Source of the DNA: Vitrella brassicaformis CCMP3155
Lineage: Eukaryota; Protista; Chromerida
Direction: 5' to 3'
DNA length: 64,000 nucleotides
Assembly (NCBI GenBank): GCA_001179505.1
Contig: CDMY01000488.1
Span: forward strand, 186,001-250,000
Positions 50,353 through 61,767 of this stretch are shown here, piece after piece. A program made the translations under genes and the position numbers. Each line of letters starts with the position of its first letter. The first letter of the stretch is position 1. Under the pieces are notes generated by a model. It had not been told where the DNA came from, made no database searches, and was given only the letters and a program-made list of their open reading frames with translations.

Positions 50353-51780
50353 TGTACGCAATAGCCGATGGCCAACTCAAGCTGATCTGCCTAGAGGATG
50401 TCTACAGGCCTGTACGTGCGCCTCAGAAAGCCTTGTTTGCTTCTCTTTCAGCGTTGGAAGAAACTGCGAGCTTGCATTCTAAAAGCTCGCGTCCCCAAAC
50501 CGCTCATCCCTCCGTGGACCGCTCATCAGCCTCTCTCAGCTGGCAGAGACTCGCCCATATCAGATCCGGGATCTGCCCTGCCGGGATCTCTAGTCAACTC
50601 ATCGAATCTCCCCTCCCGCCTTCTCCTCTGCTGCGGTTCGTCCAGGGGCACATGCATGCAGCCCATGCAGCAGCAAGCGCAGCAGCATCACCCCGTGTGG
50701 TTTCTGTGGGTCGGTACCGAGTCGTCCGCCCCACAGAAAGCCATTCAGGTGGCTCAGAGATGCCCTTGGAGCGCCCCACTTAGCCTCTCACCCAGCTGTC
50801 GATGCTCCTGCTGGCGTTTGCCGGCCAGCAGATTGGTCAGACTGACCTGCTGCCGGCCGTGTGCATCGTTAAGGTGGGCTGCTGGCGTGAGGTGGGCGAG
50901 ATGCGCGGGCTGGCGGGTGAGTGTGGCAATTGCCAGCTGCCTGTGAGCCTCTCTGCTGCCGACTGGACCAATTCGCATGCAAGACGGTATGACACCAGAG
51001 AAGAGGGGAGGACAGGGAGAAGCGGAGGACGACTCTCACTGCAGGGATGGTGTGTTCCACGTGCATGTGGTGTGTGTTTAGGCATATTTGGCCACCAACC
51101 CCGCGTGTGCTGACGCAGCTGAAGATGGCAACGGCGTGGCGACACACTGCGAGCCATCAAGGACGAGGGCGCCTTCGCTGACCACCGACCGCCCCTCCCT
51201 CATCCTAACAATCTGTACCAGCAGCATCGGCAGGACCAGTCCGCAGCCGATTCTTCTCTTTGCCGGCCCTTCCAAGGTCGCAGGCACGTACCTTTGTGGG
51301 CATGCCATTGGGGAGCACAAACGTGTCTGTGTCGTCGTTGGCCAAGAACAAGATCCTCGAGCACTTCTTCGCTGCACTCACCAGCCCGTCATCGAGTACG
51401 TCATCGACGGGTCAGGCGGGCATCGTCACGAAGATCTACGCACATGGCCCATCCGTGCATCTGTTGTGTGTTCTCTGTGTGCTCCATTGGTCAGGCATGC
51501 CGGTCGGCAGCAGTACCAGAGGACCAGACGATTCTTCAAGTGGGCTTGTGCTGACCGGCGGCAGGCACCGCTTCGTCAGTGGGGAAATCACCCTAACCAA
51601 GGTAGGCACCAGGAAACCTAGCCTAGCATTCATTTGCTGTGAGTGCACCACTGCCGTCATTTGTCTGTCTGGCGTTCGTTCGCAGTGCGTGTTGAGGTCC
51701 TGACGACCGGGCCGGCTGTGTTTGGTGTGGGTGCCGCCTATCAAGGATCGCTTCCCAGTGACCTGGGACGACAGACCGTA
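50353..51780 (+). CDS. Hypothetical multi-exon protein, divergent from PP6
   Basis: Coding-like segments (MYAIADGQLKLICLEDVYRP; GLVLTGGRHRFVSGEITLTK) with GT-AG flanks. The exon structure is not fully resolved. Confidence 0.4.
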
Positions 51781-52009
51781 GCTGCAAGAAATCGAGAGTA
51801 CAGGTGCAGATGTGTCGTCTTTGTCTGTCGCCTATCTTGTCGCCTCCTTTGCCAGAAGACATCCACTGGCTGTCTTCTTACCTACTTCATACGTACATAT
51901 GTACACACATACGCATACATGATAGGCCTCTTTCTTTCATGTGTGGGCTGGCCGGCAAATCGATGGTTTGTTTAAGTGAGTGGCAGCGACGTGTGGGCTG
52001 TATGGGTTG

Positions 52010-52495
52010 GTGCAGGTGGCTCTGTGTGGATGAGAGAGTGCAGACCAGACGCTCCTTTATTGAATTGAATCAGTCAGTATTGGATGAATTACCATCATAT
52101 GTACATACGCAACACAGCACCCATCCCATCCACGCACTGTCACACGGGCCCTGCACACATTGATGTCTCTGTACAAGCCGCATACACAAACACACATACA
52201 CGCACACAGAAAGAAGAAGGCCCAGTCTCTCTTGAGCTTCTCTCTCGGTGGAGCAGCAGACACGTCGTGAAGACCAACAAAGCATAAAAAAGCAGCACAG
52301 GGCGAGCCAGACACAAGGCAGGACAGTATACAAACCTGCTTGAAAAACAATCGGCAGACGTGTCACTTGCGGCACCATGCATCCATGTGACCAGAGCAGC
52401 ATGCCCCCCACGGCGAACCTGTCCCCCACTCGCCCACGGAGCTATGCATGTACTCACTTGACCACCAGCTCCATGCTGAGATGGCACTCTACTTG
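52010..52495 (-). pseudogene. Inverted relic of the F-box gene 3' end (...VECHLSMELVVK*) and its 3' flank
   Basis: Homologous to 24488-24990. Confidence 0.8.
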
Positions 52496-52583
52496 TGAAA
52501 GTGTTATTGAACTGCTACAAAAAGGAGTGAAACATGCAGCCACTTCACCCCCTACTCTACTGCCCTCTCCCCGTCCCTCCCAG

Positions 52584-52958
52584 TCACTCGATGCCCAGCG
52601 ACACGAACAGTCCGGTCCTCGACAGATGCCCCAGCTGGCCCCACTCGAACTGGCAGTCCTGATCGCCCAGGTGCTCATTGAAGCCCTTGACCGATGCGCG
52701 ATGGTTGTCCGCTTCCATCGCTTTCCTCCTCCGCACGCTGCTAGTGCTGCTGCACCTGCTGTCGGAGTCTGGCATTCTCGGCCTCAAGTCTGGCATTCTC
52801 CTGCCGAAGCCTCGCCACACCCTGCTGCGGGGCAGGCGTGGCTGGATGGTCGACCTCCATCGCACCGTCAGCACAATCCGCCAAGCCGTCGCCCTGGTCC
52901 TCTCCGGCAGAAGGATCGGCATCCGCTGCAACAACGGACGGCAGAAGCAGACAGACAA
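52584..52958 (-). pseudogene. Internally deleted relic of an ankyrin-like family gene (C-terminal VKGFNEHLGDQDCQFEWGQLGHLSRTGLFVSLGIE*)
   Basis: The tail aligns with VKGFNDHIVNDCEFEWGRLGHIESSGAFVSL in the adjacent 733-aa ORF. Confidence 0.7.
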
Positions 52959-53012
52959 CCGGGGGATGAGTGACGTCGAGGTGTTTGTCGTAGAGATGGA
53001 TGAATGGATGCC

Positions 53013-55115
53013 TTACTGACTGACTAACGTACCGGCAAACGGGTCGTTCATGTCTTCTGGCTGCGGTCCCGTGCGGCTGAGAGAGTCCTGGTCGCCGTCA
53101 TTGTCGTACTCCTCCTCCTGGCCCTGCATGTCGCCGCCGCCGATCTGTCCCTCTGACGCCTCGCCACCACTGCGGCCGTCATCGCCCTCCTGAGACGACT
53201 CACCGCCACTACTGCGGCCGTCATCGCCCTCCTGAGACGACTCACCGAAAATACTGCGGAAAATACTGCGGAAAATACTGCGGCCGTCATCGCCTTCCTG
53301 AGACGACTCACCACCACCACCGCCATCGGCCCCCGCCCCCGGTGCTGCGTGCGGCTGGAATGACTCAGCGAGGGACACAAAGGCCCCGCTGCTCTCGATG
53401 TGACCCAGCCGGCCCCACTCGAACTCGCAGTCGTTGACTATGTGGTCGTTGAAGCCCTTGACCACACCAGTCAGGCCATACCTGGCCACCTCGTCTAGCC
53501 GAGCCTTGTGCACCACCTCACGCAGACCCAGCAGCCGATGCTTCCCGCCCCTCTGCCCCGCATCGATGGCGAAGCACTGCAGCGGCGGCACGGTCACCTT
53601 GACGTGCTTGTCGCCCTGCTGCTGGTATCGCGTCCCTCCCACCACCTCTTGGTTGCTGCTCGTGTGTGTGGCCGCCGACTTAACGAAGTGGCCGACGGCC
53701 GCACCCACGCGGCGCCTCAGCAGCGACTCGCCGATGAGGTACTCGTTGATGGCGGCCACAGCAGCGGGGGGCTCGTGCAGGAAGGCGCCGATCTTCCATG
53801 CGATGACCTCTGCCTCGTGTGGGCCGAATGCCATGTTGGATGGGGAGGGGTGGGGGTGGGCGCCGTCGTGGTGGGGGGCGAGGGGCAGCAGACGGGCGAG
53901 AAGCATCGAGTGGTCACGCTGGGGGGCAAGGGCAGAATTGATGGCCGACATGACGGCGGCACACAGCTCATTCAGCAGTGTGGCATACTCGGCCAGCACC
54001 AGCCGGCGGCGGCGGCGGCTCACCTCGGTGAAGGTGAACATGCGGGCAATGGACGGGGCAGCCCCGCCCCGCAGCAGCACACCGATGGTGGTCTTGTACT
54101 CGCGGATCCATCTTTGGCGCCGCTCCTCCTGTTGGTGCTGCGACTGTTGGTGCTGGTCCAGCTGGTCGGCAGCGATGGCGACTGGTGGCGTGTTGGGCTG
54201 GATGCCTCTGTTGACGTCATGGCCTGTGAGCTGGCGGCACAGCCAATGAGCCACACAGTAGGAGCCAAACGATGCCGCCAACTCCATTTGCGTCCTGCCG
54301 AAGTTGTCTGTCGCCGTCGTGTCGGCTTCGTGGCTGGTAATGAGGGAGAGGTACGCGTCGATGAAGGACTGGGAGAAGATGCGTGACCTCCTGATTGCCA
54401 AACGGACCAGGCTCTCTTGATCGGACCGTTCGGCTGCGAGTGTGCTGTCGTGTTGGATGAGCCAGCGATAGATGTCCATGAGAGAGTCCTCGTACTCGCG
54501 AGTGGCGGAAGGGGCAAAATTCTCGCGCCCCCACGTGAAGTGAGGGTGAGGTTCAGCATCGGGGAAGAAGGGAAGCTCCATCACCCAAATTCCCCGCACG
54601 TTGGCCTCATGTCGAGCCAGGAGGGCCTCCACTGCCGTCAGATTGCCAGCACAAATCGCCACTTTGACGGGCCGCTGTACCGGCCATGCGCCCCCCTTGA
54701 CGTCCGCGCCGCCGGCAATGAGTGCATCGATGACCTCACGCTGCATCTGACGGGAGGGCCACTGCGGCGCGACGACGGGCACTTCCGGGCAACCATAACC
54801 GCTGGTCGCGACGAGGTATGGTCTGTCTGTTGGGCTGTCGATGGCGAAAGACAGGCAGCTGTACTGCAAGAACGGGGATCCTGTGGCGCCGCGGACACGA
54901 AGGCCGCCGGTGGCTCTCGGGTCAGCTCCTTGACGGATCAGCTGTGTGACTTGCGCCCCACTCTTGATGGTTCGGCGAATGCAGTCCTCCAGCAGCTGCC
55001 GACTCAGAGGAGTGACGCTCGTATCAAGGACGATGACGACTTTATCCAGCTTCTTGCAGCCGGGCGGCACAGCAGCAGGAGGTGCTTGCGATGCGGCAGA
55101 GGACGACTGGGCCAT
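53013..55115 (-). CDS. Intronless ankyrin-repeat-like lineage-expanded protein with an acidic tandem-repeat tail
   Basis: Uninterrupted ~700-codon ORF from ATG 55115. Ankyrin-like segments: ALIAGGADV...PVKVAICAGNLTAVEALLAR and TATDNFGRTQMELAASFG. Confidence 0.8.
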   Translation of the reverse strand: MAQSSSAASQAPPAAVPPGCKKLDKVVIVLDTSVTPLSRQLLEDCIRRTIKSGAQVTQLIRQGADPRATGGLRVRGATGSPFLQYSCLSFAIDSPTDRPYLVATSGYGCPEVPVVAPQWPSRQMQREVIDALIAGGADVKGGAWPVQRPVKVAICAGNLTAVEALLARHEANVRGIWVMELPFFPDAEPHPHFTWGRENFAPSATREYEDSLMDIYRWLIQHDSTLAAERSDQESLVRLAIRRSRIFSQSFIDAYLSLITSHEADTTATDNFGRTQMELAASFGSYCVAHWLCRQLTGHDVNRGIQPNTPPVAIAADQLDQHQQSQHQQEERRQRWIREYKTTIGVLLRGGAAPSIARMFTFTEVSRRRRRLVLAEYATLLNELCAAVMSAINSALAPQRDHSMLLARLLPLAPHHDGAHPHPSPSNMAFGPHEAEVIAWKIGAFLHEPPAAVAAINEYLIGESLLRRRVGAAVGHFVKSAATHTSSNQEVVGGTRYQQQGDKHVKVTVPPLQCFAIDAGQRGGKHRLLGLREVVHKARLDEVARYGLTGVVKGFNDHIVNDCEFEWGRLGHIESSGAFVSLAESFQPHAAPGAGADGGGGGESSQEGDDGRSIFRSIFRSIFGESSQEGDDGRSSGGESSQEGDDGRSGGEASEGQIGGGDMQGQEEEYDNDGDQDSLSRTGPQPEDMNDPFAGTLVSQ

Positions 55116-55569
55116 CACACCACGTCGCAAGCCTGCGCGGACAGAGATACAGACACAGACACAGACATAGACACAGAGACTCACACAATCGCTTGCAAGC
55201 CTTCTTTCTTCCAACGGACCTGGTCAGCCAGTCGGTCAGTTGACGGCCTCACAGCGAAGACATCAACGGCATCTGCAGTGAGAACACAGAGATGCCACCC
55301 CAGCCAGTGTTGCTTTGCTTTTCCATCACAGCTCATTTATTCGGTCACTCAGGCCTCATACCATCAGCGGGTGCACCGGCAGGCCAACCAGACCCCAAAG
55401 ACAAACGCTGCTTCTCCGGTTTCTTCTTCACAGATGGGTCAACACCTGACCAACGCGGCAAACAAAGAGGTCTCGCAGGCTCGATCTTTTCGTTTTGATT
55501 CCTTCCTTACTGTGTCTGCTGACGTGGAACAAGCTGTGAAAGAGCCGCTTTGCTTCTATTTTCTCCCTT

Positions 55570-57068
55570 GTCGAGTGCTGCTGGCGTCGTCACCTCTGGG
55601 GAGCGCCTGGCTGTCGTTGCTGTCGCTGCTGTTCATCAAGGAGATCCCTGCAGATGGCCTCCCTCACGGTAGTTTGCAATTGACGTGCTGCGTTTAGGTG
55701 ACGCCCGTCCGTCAAAGTGAGTTACACAGGAAGAAGACTGGCCAAGCTCGCAAACCGACGACTCATCGCAGAGGCAAGGCAGAATGCTGGCAAAAACCGC
55801 AAGGCAGAGGGTGATGCTGCTGCTCCTCCCGGCTGCTGCAAAGCAAGATCATCATGTCGAGGAGGGCCTCTGCAGAGGAAGGCAGCGCCATTAATTTTCT
55901 GTTCTGCTTCATGCATTCATCTTATCTATGATGTGTCACGGTTGCATGCATCTGTATGTCTGTTGCTGTGTCCATTCGTCTGCCCATCCATCACCACTGC
56001 AGGCCGGCCTTCATCCGCGCGAGCGTCGCAACCTAACACGCAAACAGATATGGCCATACATTGTCTGTCTGTCTGTGACTGTGGCATTTCTGACTCTGCT
56101 GATTGGGTTGGGGCGTGCGATGAGCGTGTCGGCAGGCGACGCCACGACACACGGGAAGTACGCATTCTGCCGACCACATGAGACACACCAGAGTGTCCAC
56201 TTGTGGTGGTTGAGTGCACGTGTGGCTTACGCATTCTCCGCTCCATTTTGTGTAGAGGGCCGCGTTGAAACCGGTGAAATCCACAACAAACCTGACAGAC
56301 TCATAGGGAGACATCCATCCATCCATTCATCCATGGGTTCATAAATGACAGAGAGACAGCCGCCTTACCTGCAGTTGCCCGTGTAGTTTGCGGGCGGCTC
56401 ACATGCGGTGTGCGAACCCTCGACGGCCACCCAACCACTTGGACACTGACAGACAGACAGACAGACAGACAGACACGTAATGGAGACAGGGACACGTAAT
56501 GACGTGCACGGAGTGACTGCTTGGCGAGTGCATTACTTGCACTGTGAAGTCCCTTGTGCAGTGTCTGCACGGCCAAACCGCCACGCAGTCTGTCTGCCAT
56601 TTGATCTTGGCGGCTTGGCTCATGTGTGCGGAGAAGTTGGCGGCGGTGTCGCTGCACGGCCCGTCGTACTCAGTGGAGGCCTGGCAGAGGTGGTAGTCGG
56701 CCGACGCTGGTGGGCTGATGTCGTCGAATAGCAGGGGGCACGGGGAGCTGTCGTAGTCACGCTCACACGCATCCACACGCAGCAACAACGACTGATCGAT
56801 GGATGGATGGATAGATCGATGCAGAGACACACACAGAGACTCAGAGACACGGGCAGACGAGATGCGTGTCTCTTTCTGGCTGGCTGACTGACGCACAGGG
56901 TCGAATGGGGTTGCGACGCCGCTTGTGATTCTGTCTGCGATGGCCACATTGGCGGGCGGCACCTCTTCACTGATGGCCTTCATCAACATGTCTGTCCATA
57001 CACATGACATACGCCACACGTGTGTGTCTCCGTCCGTCTATCTCTTGACCAACCAGGTGCTGATGGTG
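55570..57068 (-). repeat. Inverted duplicate of 20100-21595 (CPW-WPC exons 2 to end, BTB relic, and start of the F-box gene)
   Basis: Reverse-complement match through exons and introns; for example gatctccttgatgaacagcagcgacagc at 21503 matches ~55625-55650. Confidence 0.92.
55991..57068 (-). pseudogene. 5'-truncated CPW-WPC paralog lacking the signal-peptide region
   Basis: Homology starts at the end of exon 1 (ccatcagcacctg), with an in-frame TAA just upstream. Both CPW-WPC domains and the terminal exon (VATLARMKAGLQW*) are still open. Confidence 0.65.
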
Positions 57069-57732
57069 GGGGTGCCGTCCATTAATGAGAGGACTGGCAT
57101 GCATGCTTGTCTCACGTTGCTCGATGCCTGAATGAGAGGCATCCACACACACAAACGAGTGTTCTGTTTTCGGTGAGCAAAGAAATGTGCTTTTACGTGA
57201 CGATCTGTGAGACTGAAGACAAAATGTTTGTGAGTCAAAGATCCACAGGCACGGACCATACCAGTTTGCTGTGCGGACGACTGACCGATTGAGAAAAAAT
57301 AGACAGTGACTGCGTCTGAACGCCTGGCCTCATTCCATGCACCGAAGTCCATGGCCATTTGGGCACCGCACCCCACCGCACCCGGCCGGGCACTCACTCC
57401 TCACTCACACAAACGAGACGCCCTGACTTAGCAAGGCATGGCTTAATGAACTTCGACTTAATGCACAATGCACCGCACACACCACCAACAAATACACAGC
57501 AGACTGTGGGAGGGAGGGAGGGAGGGAGAAGGGCACCGAAAAATGGCACAATCACAACATGTTGGTATGTCACAATTAAGGCCTTGAACACTTCTTGGCT
57601 CCACTCGTCGGCTGCTGGTAGACTTGGCACGGAAAATTGTCCTGGAGAGGGAGACATGACGGACACAGTCATTCGCTTGCCCGTTGCGTCGCCTGTCCGT
57701 TACCTCCCGAGCTTCTGCGGATGTATTGGCGT

Positions 57733-60700
57733 TCATCCTTCTCCCGCCGTGGTGGACGGGGCCACGGACTCCTGGATCGATGCCGCCGACGACGTGGCAG
57801 GCAGTGTGGTGGGCGGCCCCTGTGGTGTGGGGCTTTCCGGTTGACCAGTGGTAGTGGCTGCCTGCGGCTGGGGGCCTTCTGACTCGGGCAGCTCCTCGGT
57901 GGTGGCGTCGACCGACGACCCGGCCGCCGCTTCCGATGCACTGCTGGCGGATGGGCCGCCCTGCCCTTGGCCCTGGTCGTCGGCGCCGTTGCCGCCTGCG
58001 GGTGCAGGTGCAGCGACGTTGGCATCCTCCTCAGGCTTTATCACTGAGTGAGACACACCATAGACAGCAGCACAGAGGAAGACTTCCTTGAGGGCGGCTG
58101 TAAGGGCCGACTTGGCTTACCAGCTCTGGGTAGGGTGGTCTTGATCTGAATGGCGTTGAATCTGCGTCTCATGTCGGTGGGATGATCGGGGTCCTGACAG
58201 ACAGAAAGAGACAGAGAGCGGCATCCTTGCCACACCTGTCCGTCAGGTGTGGCTCACTCACTGACCGGTTGGATTGGGTACACCGGATGAAGGCGGGGTC
58301 TATCTCCTCCATGAACGAAGAATTTGAAATCATACTCGGCGATGCGACGAGGCACCTTATGCACGAAGCACCTGAATGAACGAGAGACAGACAGAGTGCA
58401 CTGTCTATGTGTTTGCCGTCTGTGTTGTGGTTGCCTACTTTCGGATGCGGCACCATTTCATCCTCACTGGGTCCTGCCACGGCGTGGCGGACCGTCTTGC
58501 GTCAACCTCCTCCGGTGTGTCTCTTCCCCCATTTTCTGGTCCCCCATCATTTTCAACGATCCTCACGCTGATGTCGACGGTCTTCCCGTCCTGGTCCCAC
58601 ACAAACACGACCTTGTCCTTCTCTTTCTTCCCTAGCTCCCGAGCAATATGCCCCTGCCACAATCGCTGGATGTCGGTGGCACCAATGTCGCGAGACTTCA
58701 TGATCCCTATAATCTGCCACCATCGGTCCACGGCAGCCACAAACAGGTGAGGCGGTGCCATCGACGTCTGTGTGTGTGTGTGTCGGGTGCTGGCTGACTG
58801 ACCATGATTTCTTTTTCCAGCCATCTCATGGTCAGGACGCGACGCCGGCAGGCTTGGATGTGTGTCTGCGGGTGGGAAAAGGTCAATAAGGGGTTGCTTC
58901 ATGTGTGTGTGGAAGAGCCAGGCCCAGCCACCACCCGCTCACCGCCTTGTCGTATCTGCGTTTCTGGATATTTTTCAGCTCCCTTTCGGATTTTGCCACT
59001 TGTTGCCCTTTGTAGCCTTCATTTCACAGACAGACAGACAGACAGACACACACAGACAGACGTGGCGGTGCGGTCTCGGCTGTCTGTCTGACTGACCTCT
59101 GTAGAGGCTCTGTATCTTGAGTGCCTTTGGCGTCACGGCAGCCTCATAGGCGAGACGGGCTTTCCGGTAGCGGCGGATGTTGCGGCTGAACAAGCCCCTG
59201 GCGCAACGCTGAATCGTGACCTGCACGGACCACCCAACAAACACAGCAAACACACGGCCGCCCCCTTAACGTGTGTGAAGAGCCACTCGTCCCGTCCCGT
59301 CTCCCTCCTCTACTCACCGCAGCTAAGTCCATCACCACCGCCCTCATGAGGCGGGATTTGCGGCCAACACGCGGCCCCGTGGTGGCTGACGCGGCTGCTG
59401 CTGCTGCTGTGGTTGTGGTTGTGGTAGTGGCGGTTGTTGATGCCGTGCGCTCTGAGCCTGGGGATCGGCCGTCGGAAGGGTCGGAGTGGCCGACCTGCTC
59501 CTGGTCGGAGTGGCCGACCTGGTCCCTGTCAAGGGGATGGGCCAGCCCCCGTAGGGAGCCCCTGCATGATGAAGCACCGACAGATGGGCGGAGACACAGA
59601 CCAGGGGAGACAGAGGCAGATGGACTGGTGGGTCCTTCGGTGGCCGCCTCTTTCTGTCAGACCTGACGAAGTGTTTCAGGCAGTCCACAAACGCCGGAAT
59701 GTCCTCCGGCGGAACCTGCAGCCGAAAGGCCTGCGAGACACAACACACACACATGCAGTAGGTCGGTGGGGTCGGGTATGGCGCGTCATGGACACCCCTC
59801 CCAAGGAAGGGCTGCTCAGCTCACCGTTGTGGCCGTCGCAGTGCTGCCTACTTCCACCCNNNNNNNNNNNNNNNNNNNNNNNNNNNNNNNNNNNNNNNNN
59901 NNNNNNNNNNNNNNNNNNNNNNNNNNNNNNNNNNNNNNNNNNNNNNNNNNNNNNNNNNNNNNNNNNNNNNNNNNNNNNNNNNNNNNNNNNNNNNNNNNNN
60001 NNNNNNNNNNNNNNNNNNNNNNNNNNNNNNNNNNNNNNNNNNNNNNNNNNNNNNNNNNNNNNNNNNNNNNNNNNNNNNNNNNNNNNNNNNNNNNNNNNNN
60101 NNNNNNNNNNNNNNNNNNNNNNNNNNNNNNNNNNNNNNNNNNNNNNNNNNNNNNNNNNNCTTTGGCGTCACGGCAGCCTCATAGGCGAGACGGGCTTTCC
60201 GGTAGCGGCGGATGTTGCGGCTGAACAAGCCCCTGGCGCAACGCTGAATCGTGACCTGCACGGACCACCCAACAAACACAGCAAACACACGGCCGCCCCC
60301 TTGACGTGTGTGAAGAGCCACTCGTCCCGTCCCGTCTCCCTCCACTACTCACCGCAGCTAAGTCCATCACCACCGCCCTCATGAGGCGGGATTTGCGGCC
60401 AACACGCGGCCCCGTGGTGCTTGACGCGGCTGCTGCTGCTGCTGTGGTTGTGGTTGTGGCGGTTGTTGATGCCGTGCGCTCGGAGCCTGGGGATCGGCCG
60501 TCGGAAGGGTCGGAGTGGCCGACCTGCTCCTGGTCGGAGTGGCCGACCTGGTCCCTGTCAAGGGGATGGGCCAGCCCCCGTAGGGAGCCCCTGCATGATG
60601 AAGCACCGACAGATGGGCGGAGACACAGACCAGGGGAGACAGAGGCAGATGGACTGGTGGGTCCTTCGGTGGCCGCCTCTTTCTGTCAGACCTGACGAAG

Positions 60701-61367
60701 TATTTCAGGCAGTCCACAAACGCCGGAATGTCCTCCGGCGGAACCTGCAGCCGAAAGGCCTGCGAGACACAACACACACACATGCAGTAGGTCGGTGGGG
60801 TCGGGTATGGCGCGTCATGGACACCCCTCCCAAGGAAGGGCTGCTCAGCTCACCGTTGTGGCCGTCGCAGTGCTGCCTACTTCCACCCTGACACCATGAC
60901 AAGGGCACAAGGAAACAACGAAATGCCTCACGCACTCCCCCACCGCCCAGGCATACCACCCCCTCTTCCCTCCCCTCCAGCCCGAAAATCCGTCTGTACG
61001 CCCCTCCCCCCTCTCTGCCCCACTCGTCCCTCTGCCTGTTGTGTGTGTGTGGCCACCCACTTGATGTAGGAGGAGCCAAAACGCGCCGACTCCTGCAGCC
61101 GCTCCGGGCTGTCCTCAACTTCGACCCCACTCATTGACCCACTTAGAGGGAGCTTCTGATTGCTGGAAAGCGTAGAAACAACTTGAAGGCAGCGAACAAT
61201 AGAAGCTCTCGAGCTTGCGAGCTTGAGGGGGAGAGGTGGGGGCTCCCGTCTCGAGCCTGAGGTCCCTTCGCAAAAATAGAGGTCACCTGGAGGCAGACGG
61301 ATGAGCTGCGGGACGCCTGGGGCTTTGACGGCTTCGTTGTGAGCGACTGTGACGCCATCAATGACAT
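57733..61367 (-). CDS. Multi-exon protein with several IQ calmodulin-binding motifs
   Basis: TIQRCARGLFSR, KIQSLYRG and DIQRLWQGHIAR. It is interrupted by a gap with a duplicated segment. Confidence 0.65.
59860..60159. other. Assembly gap (300 N) flanked by a ~730-bp direct duplication (59125-59859 / 60160-60888)
   Basis: Run of N; the flanks are near-identical with a few substitutions and indels. Confidence 0.95.
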
Positions 61368-61767
61368 GTATGGCAGTCACCGCTTTGTCATGTGAATGCG
61401 GTCTCTATGAAGGCTGATGGGTGGTGGGAAGGGCAAGGGGGAGAGGGTGACAGTGTGTGGAGATGTGTGTGTCTCCACGCATCTACAGGCTGGGGACGTT
61501 CTTGGGCTGTTTGTTTGCTGATGCACTGGACTCACTGACCCCCTCACTGCATGGTCGATGGAGGCGGGTTTTGACATGGGTGACTTTGTGAAGTTGTGCT
61601 GGTCGATCATGCAATGAGGGCTGTGTGTATTAGGTCGAGGACACGCTGTGCAGCACCGATGCTTGAACGGATGAAGTCCAGCCGTCACACACAACACATC
61701 ATATACACAACTCTGCACACACGCATAAACACGCAACCTCATAAGCCCTTCACTGCAATCACTTGAG

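Noticed and set aside
53434-55697. Long plus- and alternative-frame ORFs overlapping the ankyrin-like gene (271, 292 and 426 aa)
   Set aside because: These are shadow ORFs expected from GC-rich codon usage and carry no recognisable motifs.
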